A stretch of DNA of 64,000 bases from assembly GCA_030141605.1 (NCBI GenBank), contig JAQGDQ010000249.1:1-64000 (forward strand), read 5' to 3'. A model generated the notes under the pieces. The model had not been told where the DNA came from and did not search any database. It saw nothing but the letters and a program-made list of their open reading frames with translations. This stretch comes from Tubiluchus corallicola (Eukaryota > Animalia > Priapulida). Shown piece by piece: positions 48,110 to 61,241 of this stretch. The first letter of the stretch is position 1; each line of letters opens with the position of its first letter. A program made the position numbers and the translations under genes.

Positions 48110-50659
48110 CAGGCCACTTTATTTAGGTCATTTGACCTAAATAGCCTAAATAGCTTATTTAGGTTGTTTTTCAGATTTTATTTAGGTCATTTTAGGTTTT
48201 TGTTAAATTAGTGCTGAATTCGATGCCAAAAAGTCAGATTTTTAGGCTGTTATAGTGATATTCATTTATTTTGTTCTTTCATTTCAACACAGTGAATAAA
48301 TTGTACCAAATTATTCCTTATCACTATCAGTTATCACATTTTCATCAGTTCGAAAAACTGTTTTGGTTGGAGGCACCCCTCCAGGCTGAAGTCTGTCATG
48401 CTCTGCTTGTAGCAATCTTTGATTTCCCCAACAATGCTAAAGTCAGCCTCTACAGTAGCAGTTGACGGAAAGAGAGTTGCATGTCCTCCAGAAAATTCCA
48501 TCAAGGAAGAGTAGCGATCGAAGTTCTTCCAAGCTTGAAGGAATGGTGTGTCGTCCGTCATCGTATCCAATGCAGTCTTGGTGGGTTCATTGTCTCTGTA
48601 GTCTCTCTTCAGACCATGAAATTCTGTCTCAAGGTTTTCAATCTGTTTTTGGTCCCATCCAGCATCTCGGAGACGAACTAAATTTTTTCGAATCAAGTTT
48701 GTTAAATCCGCTCCTGACAGCTTCACCAAGGCTCGAGGCAATAAATTAGGGAGTTCCAACAAACTTGCCCCGGTCTCGTCGTCAGCATCAAGAACACCTT
48801 GAATTCCGTCAACTAGTCCAGTGAACAGCCTCCCAAAGGATCGGTAAATCTTCACCCTCTCATCTTCCGTACAGCCATCCAGTACATTTGAGACCCACAA
48901 ACCCAAATTGAAAGTGAACCTCTCCCCTTCTTCATCGGAACACATGAATTTTCCATCGTCATCTTCTTCAACCTCACACAGCTCCTTTACATTCGAAATG
49001 AGTTTCCTGACTTTCTCTCGTTGCTCCATCAGGTGAATTTTCTTTCCCTGTAGGTAAGACACTGTAACTTGGACATCAGTGGCAACCAAATTCAGTCCAC
49101 ATAGTAGGATCCACCATGGTCCGGGTTTACGAGCTTCACCTACACCAGGGTTCTTTTCCTCCAAGTACTCAAGCACTCTTTCCTTGTGCTCCACAAGCCA
49201 AGAAGTCACCCGCTTCAGCGAACTCCACCTTGTGTTCACGAACCGCGGACAGGTAGATTTCATCTCGGATTGTAGGTTGTATTGCCTCCGCAAATAGTTG
49301 ATCAACTGGCAGAGACTGGGAACGAAATTTCCTTCACCGAATTCCGAGTACTTGTCCTGCATGACAAGGTCAATCTGATGTAACTGGCACCATACCTTGA
49401 AGATTGGCTCCTCAGCTGTCTGTCCAAAACGAGTTGCCACACCTGAGATGGTGCCCGTCATTGTAGGTTCACCATCGCTAGTGAAAGCGATCAGTCGTCG
49501 ACGCCAGGTTGGCAGAATCGCGTCCAGCAACTTGCCGCATGCATTGAAAATGTTTGCAGCTGTTTTCCGGTAATGCATTGGCACAGCGAGCAAGTGGAGA
49601 TTCTGCACATCTCCAGCATAGTAGAATCGGACGCGGATGTCGAGGTAGTTCATTCCACATTTGTGGCCTGAGTCAATTGCAATTAAGAAAGCCCAACACT
49701 TGCTTAGGATGTCTGAGAGCTTTTGCAGGTTCGCTGCAACAAAAACACGTACAAACGTTGCACATTTTCCTTCGGTGCAGCCCACGTAAACAGCAGAGTT
49801 TGTTTCCTCTTTTGTTGACTTAGCAAAAGCCGCAGCTTGTCGGAAACTCGCTCCATCGTGAATAAACTTGACTGCTAGTCGAAACTGAGAAGACGACTTT
49901 AGGTTGACCTCAAGCTGATTGTCGTCATCCCTGTCCTCGAACACTGCCATTGCACGAGCGAAAGAAAGTCCCTCGAGGTCACCAGGATCGAACAACATCC
50001 CACCAATGATGTCATTCACGATTGAAGCTTTCACTTTGAAGCGAATAAGTGCCTCACCTTCAAAATGGATCGCCAACGTTTGCTCTCGAGGGACAGTTTT
50101 GTCAAAGAATTTCTTCTTATCTTCTGAGCTGAGTTTTTGATAATCACTCCACCTAACTGCATGTTGATTTTCTAAATGTTGTTTGTAGTGACCTGCTCGA
50201 AATGTTGTGAACAGCTTGACATTTTCTGTTCGCTGGCGTTTGGCTCCTGGCTTCTCCTCGCGACCAAAATAATAACAAAACTCACATCGTGAAGCCACGA
50301 CTGCCTGCGTCTTCGGGTGCCTCTGCACGATCTTCAGCCCATAAGCAAGCTCGTGGGATGGACTAAAAGAAGCCATCTATGACTGAGGAGAGACAAGGAA
50401 GAATTAGAACGAGTAGGCCTAGTCTCATTTAAGTAAAAGAAAGTATGGGGGCTTGACGACGCAACAATCAATGACGTCACAATGATTACGGGACGCCACG
50501 TGGCTTGTTTCTTCTAATTCTCGCTCCTCCGACGCGCAAAAAAGCAGCGACGATCCGAAAAATGAAAAAGAGCAAAAATGTTATTTAGGTTGTTTTTCAA
50601 ATCTTATTTAGGTCATTTTAGGTCATTTTAGGCCTAAACAACCTAAATAAAGTGGCCTG
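48110..50659 (-). mobile_element. Full-length hAT-superfamily DNA transposon, 2550 bp
   Basis: Perfect 19-bp TIRs caggccactttatttaggt; perfect 8-bp TSD tccatatg at 48102-48109 and 50660-50667. Empty sites occur in the paralogous spacers at ~39495 and ~59546. Confidence 0.96.
48334..50376 (-). CDS. hAT-like DDE transposase, 680 aa, uninterrupted
   Basis: N-terminal CxxC...H-x4-H (CEFC...HLENQH, BED-like); catalytic FLIAIDSG and FTSDGEPTMTG; CQLH (CxxH); TRW; STATVEADFS. Confidence 0.9.
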   Translation of the reverse strand: MASFSPSHELAYGLKIVQRHPKTQAVVASRCEFCYYFGREEKPGAKRQRTENVKLFTTFRAGHYKQHLENQHAVRWSDYQKLSSEDKKKFFDKTVPREQTLAIHFEGEALIRFKVKASIVNDIIGGMLFDPGDLEGLSFARAMAVFEDRDDDNQLEVNLKSSSQFRLAVKFIHDGASFRQAAAFAKSTKEETNSAVYVGCTEGKCATFVRVFVAANLQKLSDILSKCWAFLIAIDSGHKCGMNYLDIRVRFYYAGDVQNLHLLAVPMHYRKTAANIFNACGKLLDAILPTWRRRLIAFTSDGEPTMTGTISGVATRFGQTAEEPIFKVWCQLHQIDLVMQDKYSEFGEGNFVPSLCQLINYLRRQYNLQSEMKSTCPRFVNTRWSSLKRVTSWLVEHKERVLEYLEEKNPGVGEARKPGPWWILLCGLNLVATDVQVTVSYLQGKKIHLMEQREKVRKLISNVKELCEVEEDDDGKFMCSDEEGERFTFNLGLWVSNVLDGCTEDERVKIYRSFGRLFTGLVDGIQGVLDADDETGASLLELPNLLPRALVKLSGADLTNLIRKNLVRLRDAGWDQKQIENLETEFHGLKRDYRDNEPTKTALDTMTDDTPFLQAWKNFDRYSSLMEFSGGHATLFPSTATVEADFSIVGEIKDCYKQSMTDFSLEGCLQPKQFFELMKM

Positions 50660-52652
50660 TCCATATGTGAGTAGATGAGATATCTCATTGTAAAAGTCAG
50701 TTGTTTATCTGATACAGTAAACTATGTATAACTTGAACTGGTATAACTCGAATTCTTGCGTATCTCGAACTGGTCCCCTGGACCAGATTTTTTCCTTTCA
50801 TTTATCCCTTTAATAAACATCGTGTAACTCAAAATCTGCAACTCAAACTATCGCATTAAGTTCCAAGCACAGTTTTTAAGAATCAGATTGAAATGACCTC
50901 GCCTGTCGGGAACAGCCTCCCAAGCGAGAAGTTCTTTGTGAAAATGTGCACCACATTACGATTTTAACTGCTAGTTTCAGCAAAAATGCTAAATTGCTTG
51001 TGTTACCTTAATAGAATGCTGCACACAACATGACTTAGCAAACATGGTTTAATGTATATCATAATATTATTATTGCCAAATTCTATTAACCATGCTACTC
51101 AAACTACACAATACATGACATAGACTTGGTGAGATTCTGCCATATACATTTTGTATTATAATAAATTGCAGCTATGACGGATGACCCAAATACTAAACTA
51201 AAGAAAGCATTGCTTAATACTATTTTAAATTAAATTATATTTTAATCTGTTGTCTCATTTGTGAAATCTTACTAACCTTTAGATTTTATCATTATGATTT
51301 TAATCTTTAATCACCTTAATTTTGACCTTATGTAGTTTTATTCTTAACTACTGTTTAGCAATGATAATTTTAAACATTTAATTTTTCTTTATTGGGTGTG
51401 ACTTTTATTAGTACTTTTACTTTTACTTCGTAGCACTTTTAGTCTAAAATGTTGTTTTACCCCTAATCTAGTTCTGTTACACTTAGTAAATAATTTTTAA
51501 CTGTTTTTTAATCTTTAAATTTGTCATTTTTCAATTATACTTTGTAAATTTTTTTGAATTTTAACTTTATAACTCTTAATAGACTTATTTTCTGAAACTT
51601 GTTAACAATTTAAAATTCCTAATTCTTGATGCTTAAGGTTGTAATTAAAATGTTCATTTAATTTAATGTATGCTATTAATGTGTAATTTTTATTTGTTTA
51701 ATTTCACTTATTTGAAATTATCTATTTAAAGTGCTAATCATGCATGAACCATCGTGAAAATATTGTATTATATTCAGTTCTGATTCACATCCATGTAAAA
51801 AATAAATTTCTGTTTTATTCTGTTCTAAGGATGATCCATGATTTGTTTAGAGTGAATCCACTTGGCGATTTCAAAGGAGATGTTGTTTGAAACCTTTCTC
51901 CTATAGGGCCCCGTATTAGCGAAAATTTAAAAAAATGCATAAAATTTAAGGAATTAAAATTTTGAAAATCCGCAAAAACATGATTTTGTGTCTGTTAATT
52001 CCAAGTCCTGACCTAACATTTCTTACAGCTTTAATCCCAATGTGGAGTGTTAGGAGTTTTCCTTAAATTTATTATATAACCTGTTGCGACGAAGCTTTTG
52101 TATTGTTATATTGGGATTCATCCAAGGATCGTTTCCTGGATGATTCGTTACTGTTTGATTTGGGATAGATCCACAACACAGTTTGTAAATGCATCAATAA
52201 CTAACTTGCATGTTTGGTTTACATTGAGAGTTATTAAAGCATCCAGATGACACTTGATAATTGATTAGGAAAAATATAAAGTATCAACATTATATCAACA
52301 CATCTGCTAGCTCCAGTGCGCATACAAAAGCCAGGTCTTTTGAAACCTAGCAAACAAATGCATAGCCAATAACGTTTACGAAGATGTATGTTTTGCAGAA
52401 TTCTGCTTTTCAATATGTTATTAGGTTAGGTGTTGAGGTAACATTAGCTAGGTGATAATATTAACACAGTTGGCAACAAGAGAAGCCATATTAAACAACA
52501 GTATTAAATATATTTACAAAGTACTCGACCATAACATTGGCATTGTAGTATAAGTGGTCAGCTGAACACATTTTCATCTTTGCTGCATAGTCATATTATG
52601 ACTGTATAATGTGAATCAGCTAAAGTTTGTGATTCAAACCAACAAAGCAAAA

Positions 52653-54035
52653 ATGTCGTTTGCATCATTTCTCAAAACTTGTGCCATTGTTTTTTATTTC
52701 CTTGAATGTTTTTGCATCAAAGGAACGTTGTGTAACACTAAAACAAGGACTGAAAATTGTAACAGTTTGTATAACCAGTACAATTTAGAAGTGCTTTATG
52801 GTAAAAACTTCAGAACACAGGGTTATTTACTCCACGGAGAGATGCTTCGAGTGGGAGCATGGAGAGAAGATGCTACGAAGCCATATCTAGACCAACTGCT
52901 TACGATGCTCAGCCAAGCAGCAAACTTCACGTACAAGGTGACATACATTAAACGTTCAGGAACTCTAAAAAATATAATTGATACAGGAGAATTCGACTTG
53001 TTTTTGGGATTAGTCACAATGTTACCAGAAAGAGCAAAAAGCATGACGTTTCTTCACCCACTTGTTTATAATTCTCAGGTATTTATCACAAAAAGACATC
53101 AATTACAAGGTTTCAATATAATAGACCCATTCACCACACTCGTGTGGCTGCTTCTGGTATTATATGGCATAGTAGTGGGTACAATACTTTACTATATTGA
53201 CTACAGCAAAAACCTGCCGTACAACGAGGAAGAGATTATAAAATGCAGCAACTGCCAAAGAAAACTGGAAAAACCTGTGATAAAGAATGAAAGCAAGGCG
53301 TACTTTACTCGGTTCACACTATCGTCGTACCTACAACAAGGTGGAACATATTTACCAGAATGTTTATCTGCTAGGATGCTTATCGGATGGTGGTGGATTT
53401 TTGCTTGCATCATCACAGCCATGTACACGGGCACACTGGTTAGTAAATTATTTGTAAGCAAGCAAGTTTATCCATTCTCCACATTGCAAGAATTGATAGA
53501 CAGCGACATAGTTCCTGTTACACTAGGTCAGTTCAGTGGCACCATGCAGATGAAAAACAGACCGGATTTTGGACAACTGTGGCAGAGAATGAAAGTAGAT
53601 CCTAATGTACCTACTGACAGTGCAGAGATGGCATTGGAACTGACAGCTACTGGAAAATACACCTACTTCGGAGAAGAGACTCATGCAAAGTTCTTCTTAA
53701 TTAAGGATTATGAATTACACGGAAAATGCAGATTTTCTGTTTCCCCGTTGTTGAAATTTTTGTCACCATCAGCATTAGTTGTACAAAAGAAAAGTAACTA
53801 CACTGATGTCCTAAATTTTGCTCTTGCTACATTAAAGGAACACGGTCTTGTGGACAAACTGCTACAACGATTACTGCAGCCTTCGGAAAAATGTTTAGAC
53901 TCACCTGTTCAGCATGTAGGCACGTTATCAATTAATGTGGAGCAACTTAATGTAGTTTTTTGGGGGTTGATATATGGAATCGGTGTAGCATTGTTTACAT
54001 TTATAAGCGAGCTTGCTTATAAGAAGTTTATGTGA
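52653..54035 (+). CDS. IR-like receptor copy 4, 460 aa
   Basis: Same architecture. Conserved ATG at 52653 (the ORF track starts at an upstream GTG). Confidence 0.93.
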   Translation: MSFASFLKTCAIVFYFLECFCIKGTLCNTKTRTENCNSLYNQYNLEVLYGKNFRTQGYLLHGEMLRVGAWREDATKPYLDQLLTMLSQAANFTYKVTYIKRSGTLKNIIDTGEFDLFLGLVTMLPERAKSMTFLHPLVYNSQVFITKRHQLQGFNIIDPFTTLVWLLLVLYGIVVGTILYYIDYSKNLPYNEEEIIKCSNCQRKLEKPVIKNESKAYFTRFTLSSYLQQGGTYLPECLSARMLIGWWWIFACIITAMYTGTLVSKLFVSKQVYPFSTLQELIDSDIVPVTLGQFSGTMQMKNRPDFGQLWQRMKVDPNVPTDSAEMALELTATGKYTYFGEETHAKFFLIKDYELHGKCRFSVSPLLKFLSPSALVVQKKSNYTDVLNFALATLKEHGLVDKLLQRLLQPSEKCLDSPVQHVGTLSINVEQLNVVFWGLIYGIGVALFTFISELAYKKFM

Positions 54036-55568
54036 AAATCAATAGTTTATGTGCTGACCTCATTGCTGACGGATTTGTAGATGATAATCATTTATCAGCT
54101 AACAGTGGATGTGCTAAATGGAAAGTAAAGAATGAAATTGACTGGAGTGTGTTCCGTATGCGAGTAGATGAGATATCTCATAGTAAAAGTCAGTTGTTTA
54201 GCTGATGCGGTAAACTATGTATAACTTGAACTGGTATAATTTGAATTCTTGCGTATCTCGAACAGATCTTGTGGACCGGATTTTCCTTTCACTTTTCCTT
54301 TTAATAAACATCGTGTAACTCAGATTATCGCGTAACTTGAACCAAATTCCCGGTACAGTTTTTAAGAAATGTACTGAAATTATCTCGCCTGTCTGGAACA
54401 GCCTCCCAAGCGAGAAGTCTTACGTGAAAGCGTTCACCACATTACGATTTTAACTGCTAGTTTCAGCAAAAATGCTAAATTGCTTGTGTTACCTTAGTAG
54501 AACGCTGCACACGACATGGCTTAACGAACATGGTATAACGTAGATCACAATATTAGTATTGCTAAATTCTATTAACAGTGCTACTCAGACCACAGTACAT
54601 GATGTAGGCAGGTGACTGTAGGTCTGGTGCCATATTTAGACTTGGTGAGGCCCTAGACTATATAAAGCCCTGGGCCTGGTCTCAGAAAACTTGAAAATAT
54701 ATACGCCTCTTAATTATTTAATATCTAAGTGAGCAATACAAATTATTTTTAAATGAATGACTTTCTGGCAACATATTAATAATTTGGTTGGCTTAAACTC
54801 TTTCATATACATTTTATGTTAGAATAAAATGCAGCTATGACGGACGACCCAAATACTAAACTATGGGGAAAAATGGCAAAAATTGAAAAAATCGTAAAAA
54901 ATGCAAATCTCGAAAATTTTGGAAATCATTTAACAAGTTTTATATGGTTTATCAGAAAAACAGTTAAAGAAAGCATTGCTTAATTCTATTTTAAATTAAA
55001 TTATATTTTAATCGGTTTTTGAAATCTTAGCAAGTTTTAGATTTTATGATTCTGATTTTAATCTTTAATCACCTTAATTTTGACTTCATGTAGTTTTGTT
55101 CTTAATTACTGTATCGCAATGATAATTATAATCATTTATTTTTCTTAATTGTGTATGACTTTTGTCAGTACTTTTACTTCTTAGTATTTTAGTCTAAAAT
55201 ATTGTTTTACCCCTAATGTAGTTGTGCTATATTTACTAAATAATTTTTAACTGATTTTTAAGCTTTAAATTTTTTAGTTTTCAATTATACTTTATAAATT
55301 TTTGAATTTTAACTTTATGGCTCTTATTAGACATATTTTCTGAAACTTATTAACAATTTAAAATTCCTAATTTTTGATGCTTAAGGTTTTAATTAAAATG
55401 TTCATTTAATTTAATGTATGCTATTAATGTGTAATTTTTATTTGTTTAATTTCACTTATTTGAAATTAGCTATTTAAAGTGCTAATCATGCATGAACCAT
55501 CATGGAAATATTGTATTATATTCAATTTTGATCCAAATCCATGTAAAAAAATAAATTTCTGTTTTATT

Positions 55569-56372
55569 NNNNNNNNNNNNNNNNNNNNNNNNNNNNNNNN
55601 NNNNNNNNNNNNNNNNNNNNNNNNNNNNNNNNNNNNNNNNNNNNNNNNNNNNNNNNNNNNNNNNNNNNNNNNNNNNNNNNNNNNNNNNNNNNNNNNNNNN
55701 NNNNNNNNNNNNNNNNNNNNNNNNNNNNNNNNNNNNNNNNNNNNNNNNNNNNNNNNNNNNNNNNNNNNNNNNNNNNNNNNNNNNNNNNNNNNNNNNNNNN
55801 NNNNNNNNNNNNNNNNNNNNNNNNNNNNNNNNNNNNNNNNNNNNNNNNNNNNNNNNNNNNNNNNNNNNNNNNNNNNNNNNNNNNNNNNNNNNNNNNNNNN
55901 NNNNNNNNNNNNNNNNNNNNNNNNNNNNNNNNNNNNNNNNNNNNNNNNNNNNNNNNNNNNNNNNNNNNNNNNNNNNNNNNNNNNNNNNNNNNNNNNNNNN
56001 NNNNNNNNNNNNNNNNNNNNNNNNNNNNNNNNNNNNNNNNNNNNNNNNNNNNNNNNNNNNNNNNNNNNNNNNNNNNNNNNNNNNNNNNNNNNNNNNNNNN
56101 NNNNNNNNNNNNNNNNNNNNNNNNNNNNNNNNNNNNNNNNNNNNNNNNNNNNNNNNNNNNNNNNNNNNNNNNNNNNNNNNNNNNNNNNNNNNNNNNNNNN
56201 NNNNNNNNNNNNNNNNNNNNNNNNNNNNNNNNNNNNNNNNNNNNNNNNNNNNNNNNNNNNNNNNNNNNNNNNNNNNNNNNNNNNNNNNNNNNNNNNNNNN
56301 NNNNNNNNNNNNNNNNNNNNNNNNNNNNNNNNNNNNNNNNNNNNNNNNNNNNNNNNNNNNNNNNNNNNNNNN
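55569..56372. other. Assembly gap, 804 N
   Basis: N run that ends at a (ctaat)n microsatellite. Confidence 1.
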
Positions 56373-56944
56373 CTAATCTAATCTAATCCTTCAATCTCAA
56401 GGTGGACTTGATCAACATAGGAGACACTAATCACGTGTTACTTTTGGTTTTTAATTTACAGTTTGCACCTCGCGGTCTTGGTTAAGTATAGTACGTTTGC
56501 TCTTGTGTGGTTTCTGCATTCTCTAGCTACAGTGCCGCATACAAAAGCCAAATATTTGATACCTAGCAAACAAATGCATAGCCAATAACGTTTTCGAAAG
56601 TGCAAGTTCTGCAGAATTCTGCTTTTCAATATGTTGTTATTTTACGTGTTGAGGTAACATTAGCTAGGTGGTAATATTAACACAGGTGGCAACAGGACGA
56701 GAAGCCTAATTAAACACCAGAAAGGTGTGGCAGACAAAACTAACATGTAGATTCACACCTGGTGAATTAGTACACACACTATTATGATTAATGCACATAT
56801 ATGACAAAGTACATGTAACACTTGGCATTGTAGTATAAAAGTGGTCGGCTGAAAACATTTTCATCGTCATCCTCCTTGGATGGGCATATTATGACTGTAT
56901 AATGTGAATCAGCTAAGTTTATTATTCAGACTTCCAGAGCAAAA

Positions 56945-58325
56945 ATGTCGTTTGCATCATTTCTCAAAACTTGCGCCATCACTTTTTATTTCCTTGAATG
57001 TTTTTGGACCGCAGGAATGTCGTGTAAAACTAAAACAAGGACTGAAAATTGCAACAGTTTGAATAACCAGAACAATTTAAATGCGTTTTATGGTAAAAAC
57101 TACAGAACACGGGTTATTCACTCCATGGAGAGATGCTTCGAGTTGGAGCATGGAGAGACGATCCGATGAAGCCATATCTAGATCAGCTGCTTACGATGCT
57201 CAGCCAAGCAGCAAACTTCACGTACAAGGTGACATACGTCAAGCATTTGGAAACTCTAAAAAATGCAATGGATGCAGGAGAATTCGACTTGTTTTTGGGC
57301 TTAGTCACAATGTTACCAGAAAGAGCAAAAACTATGACGTTTCTTTACCCACTTGCTTATAGTTCTCATGTATTTATCGCAAAAAGACATCAATTACAAG
57401 GTTTTAATATAATAGACCCGTTCACCACACCCGTGTGGCTGCTTCTGTTATTATATGGCGTAGTAGTGGGTACAATACTTTACTATATTGACTACAGCAA
57501 AAACCTGCCGTACAGCCAGGAAGGGATTATAAAATGCAGCAACTGCAGAGAAAACTGGAAGAACCAGTGATAAAGAATGAAAGTAAGGCGTACTTTACTC
57601 TGTTCACACTATCGTCATACCTCCAACAAGGTGGAACATATTTGCCACAATGTTTATCCGCTAGGATGCTTATTGGATGGTGGTGGATTTTTGGTTGCAT
57701 CATCACAGCCATGTACACGGGCACGCTGGTTAGTAAACTATTTGTAAGCAAGCAAGTTTATCCATTCACTACATTGCAAGAGTTGATAGACAGCGACGTA
57801 GTTCCTGTCACAGTAGGTCAGTTGAGCCAGACCTTACAAATGAAAAACAGACCGGAATTTAGACGAGTGTGGCAGAGAATGAAACTGGATCCTAATGTAC
57901 CTGCCAACAGTACAGAGATGGCATTAGAACTGACAGCTACTGGAAAATACACCTTCTTCGACGAAGAGACTTATGCAAAGATCCGCTTAATAAAGGATTA
58001 TGAATTATGCGGAAAATGCAGATTTTCCATTGCTTTGTCTTTAAGTTTTTTGTCACCATCAGCATTAGTTGTACCAAAGAAAAGTAACTACACGGAAGTC
58101 CTAAATTTTGCTCTTGCTACATTAAAAGAACACGGTCTTGTGGACAAACTGCTACAACAGTTACTGCAGCTTTCGGCAAAGTGTTTAGACTCACCTGTTC
58201 AGCATGTAGGCACGTTATCAATTAATGTGGAGCACCTTAATGTAGTTTTTTGGGTGATGATATCTGGAATCGGTGTAGCATTGTTTACATTTATTAGCGA
58301 GCTTGCTTACAAGAAATTTATGTGA
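56945..58325 (+). pseudogene. IR-like receptor copy 5 with two 1-bp deletions
   Basis: 1381 bp against 1383 bp in the paralogs. Deletions near 57110 (agaacac-gggtt) and 57547 (aactgc-agagaaa) split it into three ORFs. Sequencing error is not excluded. Confidence 0.8.
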
Positions 58326-60904
58326 AAATCAATAGATATTATACTAACCCTTCAATCTCCAACCATTTACCCTTTTCAAGGTTATCAATAACTGCTGGTT
58401 GTTGGCTGATCTCAAACAGTTTTCTTATATAATGATGGTAGTACATGTGCAGCTAAAAATGAAGTGTGCCATGCTGTTCAGCATTGTGATAACGCATTGT
58501 CACATATTTGACGCATTTAATCCACAATTTCAGGCTGTTTCCTTCAAATAACCTTGTGTATTGTAAAATGTTTCTTCGGCCGTGAAAAACATCTGGAAAA
58601 TTCGATTAGACAAACTTTATCTTTCAAAACACCTACTTTCACACTTTTATATTCCTTTATCAGCATAAAGTTTTCCCATTACATGGTCGAACGACGTTGG
58701 TGTAACATGTTCTTGTAATAGTTTCCTAAAGGTGGCAGCACTTTATAACATGTGCTTTATGTAATAGGTATATCAAAATGTTACATGGTGTATTAAAAGT
58801 GGGATAAGTCATAATACGTCATAAATTATTTATTTTACATAACACCTCTACAACAACTTTGTGTAGCAAAATATGATATTGTGTTCTGCAGCAAACAAGA
58901 CCAGGCCATACTCTGCTATAGTATTCTTTTATTTGTTCAACATTGAATGTCAACAATTTAACGTGATCTTCAAACCAGTGTGACATCGCCGTGAAAGTCA
59001 GTAAGCCAACATAGAACTTAGTTCCTCAACCTAGCAAGAGCGCAGCTTGTTGTCTGTTAACTTATTAAAGGTTGCACGAAAACTTCACACTCACAGAATA
59101 AATCTGTGCATCTAGGCAATGTATCTAACCCCAGGCTTATAAAGAACGTACTTCCTCAGGTTAGCAAGAATGCAGCTTGTTGTCTGTTAACTTATTAAAG
59201 GTTGTACAACAACTGCACACTCACAGAATAAATCTGTGCATCTAGGCAATGTATCTAACTCCAGGGTTATAAGAATGTACTTCCTCAGCCTAGGGAGTTG
59301 TGTCTACCAAGAGTACTTTTCTTATTTGCTCAGGCTTATTTGAAATATAGTTCCTTAGCCTGTATTGAGCTGTACTAACTAGTACTTACCAGGTATTATC
59401 AAGCTGCTCATTAGAGCAAGAACATATTCGTCATCTGCCGTTACTACTGACCTAATTGCTGACGGATTTGTACATGATAATTAGCTGTCAGCTAAGAGTG
59501 GATAAGCTAAATGGAAAGTAAATGATGAAATTGATTGGAGTATGGTCCATATGCGAGTAGATGAGATATCTCATTGTAAATGTCAGTTGTTTATCTCATA
59601 CGGTAAACTATGTATAATTTGAACTGGTATATAACTCGAATTCTTGCGTATCTCGAACTGGTCTCCTGGAGCGGATTTTTTCCTTTCATTTATCCCTTTA
59701 ATAAACGTTGTTTAACTTGAATTATCGCATAACTTGAGCCAAATTCCCGACACAGTTTTTAAGAATCTGATTGCAATTACCTCGACTGTCTGGAACAGCC
59801 TCCCAAGCGAGAACGAGAAGTCCTACGTGAAAGCGTTCACCACATTACGATTTTAACGGCTAGTTTCAGCCAAAATGCTAAATTTCTTGTGCTACCTTAG
59901 TAGAACGCTACACACGACATGGCTTAGCAAACATGGTTTAATGTTGATCACAATATTATTATTGCCGAATTCTATTAACCATGCTACTCAAACTACAATA
60001 CATGACATAGACTTGGTGAGATTCTGCCATATACATTTTGTATTATAATAAATTGCAGCTATGATGGATGACCCAAATATTAAACTAAAGAAAGCATTGC
60101 TTAATACTATTTTAAATTAAATTATATTGTAATCTGTCTCATTTTTGAAATCTTAGTAACTTTTAGATTTTATCATTCTGATTTTAATCTTTAATCACCT
60201 TAATTTTGACTTCATGTAGTTTCGCTCTTAATTACTGTTTAGCAATGATAATTATAAACATTTAATTCTTTCTTAATTGGGTATGACTTTTATCAGTATT
60301 TTTACTTATTAGTACTTTTAGTCTAAAATGTTGTTTTATCCCTAATCTTACATTTAGTAAATAATTTTTAACTGTTTTTTAATCTTTAAATTTTTCATTT
60401 TTCAATTATTCTTTATGAATTTTATGAATTTTAGCTTTATGACTCTTATTTAACTTGTTTTCTGAAACTTATTAACAATTTAAAATGCCTAACTCTTGAT
60501 GCTTAGGGATTTAATTAAATGTTCATTTAATTTAATGTATGCTATTAATGTGTAATTTTTATCTGTTTAATATCGTTTATTTGAAATTATCTATTTAAAG
60601 TGCTAATCATGCATGAACCATCGTGGAAATATTGTATTATATGCAATTCTGATCCACATCCATGTAAAAAATAAATTTCTGTTTTATTCTATTCTTCTTA
60701 GGATGATCCATGTTTTGTTTAGAGTGAATCCACTTGGCGATTTCTAAGGAGATGTTGTTTGAAATTTTTTCTCCTAGGGGGTCCCATTTTAGAGAAAATT
60801 TTAAAAAAATTGTAAAAATTCAAAATTTTGAAAATCCGTAAAAAGATGATTCTGTGTCTGTTAAATCCACATCCTGACCTGACATTTCTTACAACTTGGA
60901 TCCC

Positions 60905-61201
60905 AATGTGGAGTGTTAGGAGTTTTCCTTAGATTTATTATATAACCTGTTGCGATGAAGCTTTTGTATTCTTATGTTGGGATTCATCCAAGGATCGTTT
61001 CCGGGACGAATCATTACTGTTTCATTTGGGATAGATCCACAACACACTTTGTAAATGCGTCTATAATTAACTTGCATGTTTGGTTTACATTGAGAGTTAT
61101 TAAAGCATCCAGATGACATTTGATAATTAATTCGAAAAAATATGAAGTATCAACATTTTCTCATTTCTAAACTTTTCTCACATACCTTTTTACTTAATAC
61201 A

Positions 61202-61241
<40 letters not shown>

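Noticed and set aside
48334-50376. Domesticated ZBED-like host gene
   Set aside because: Perfect TIRs, a TSD and empty paralogous sites show a recent mobile insertion.
55479-56381. 300-aa ORF, or a hidden seventh receptor in the gap
   Set aside because: The ORF is an N-run artefact, and the gap size roughly matches the homologous spacer at ~60690-61540. Extra copies cannot be fully excluded.
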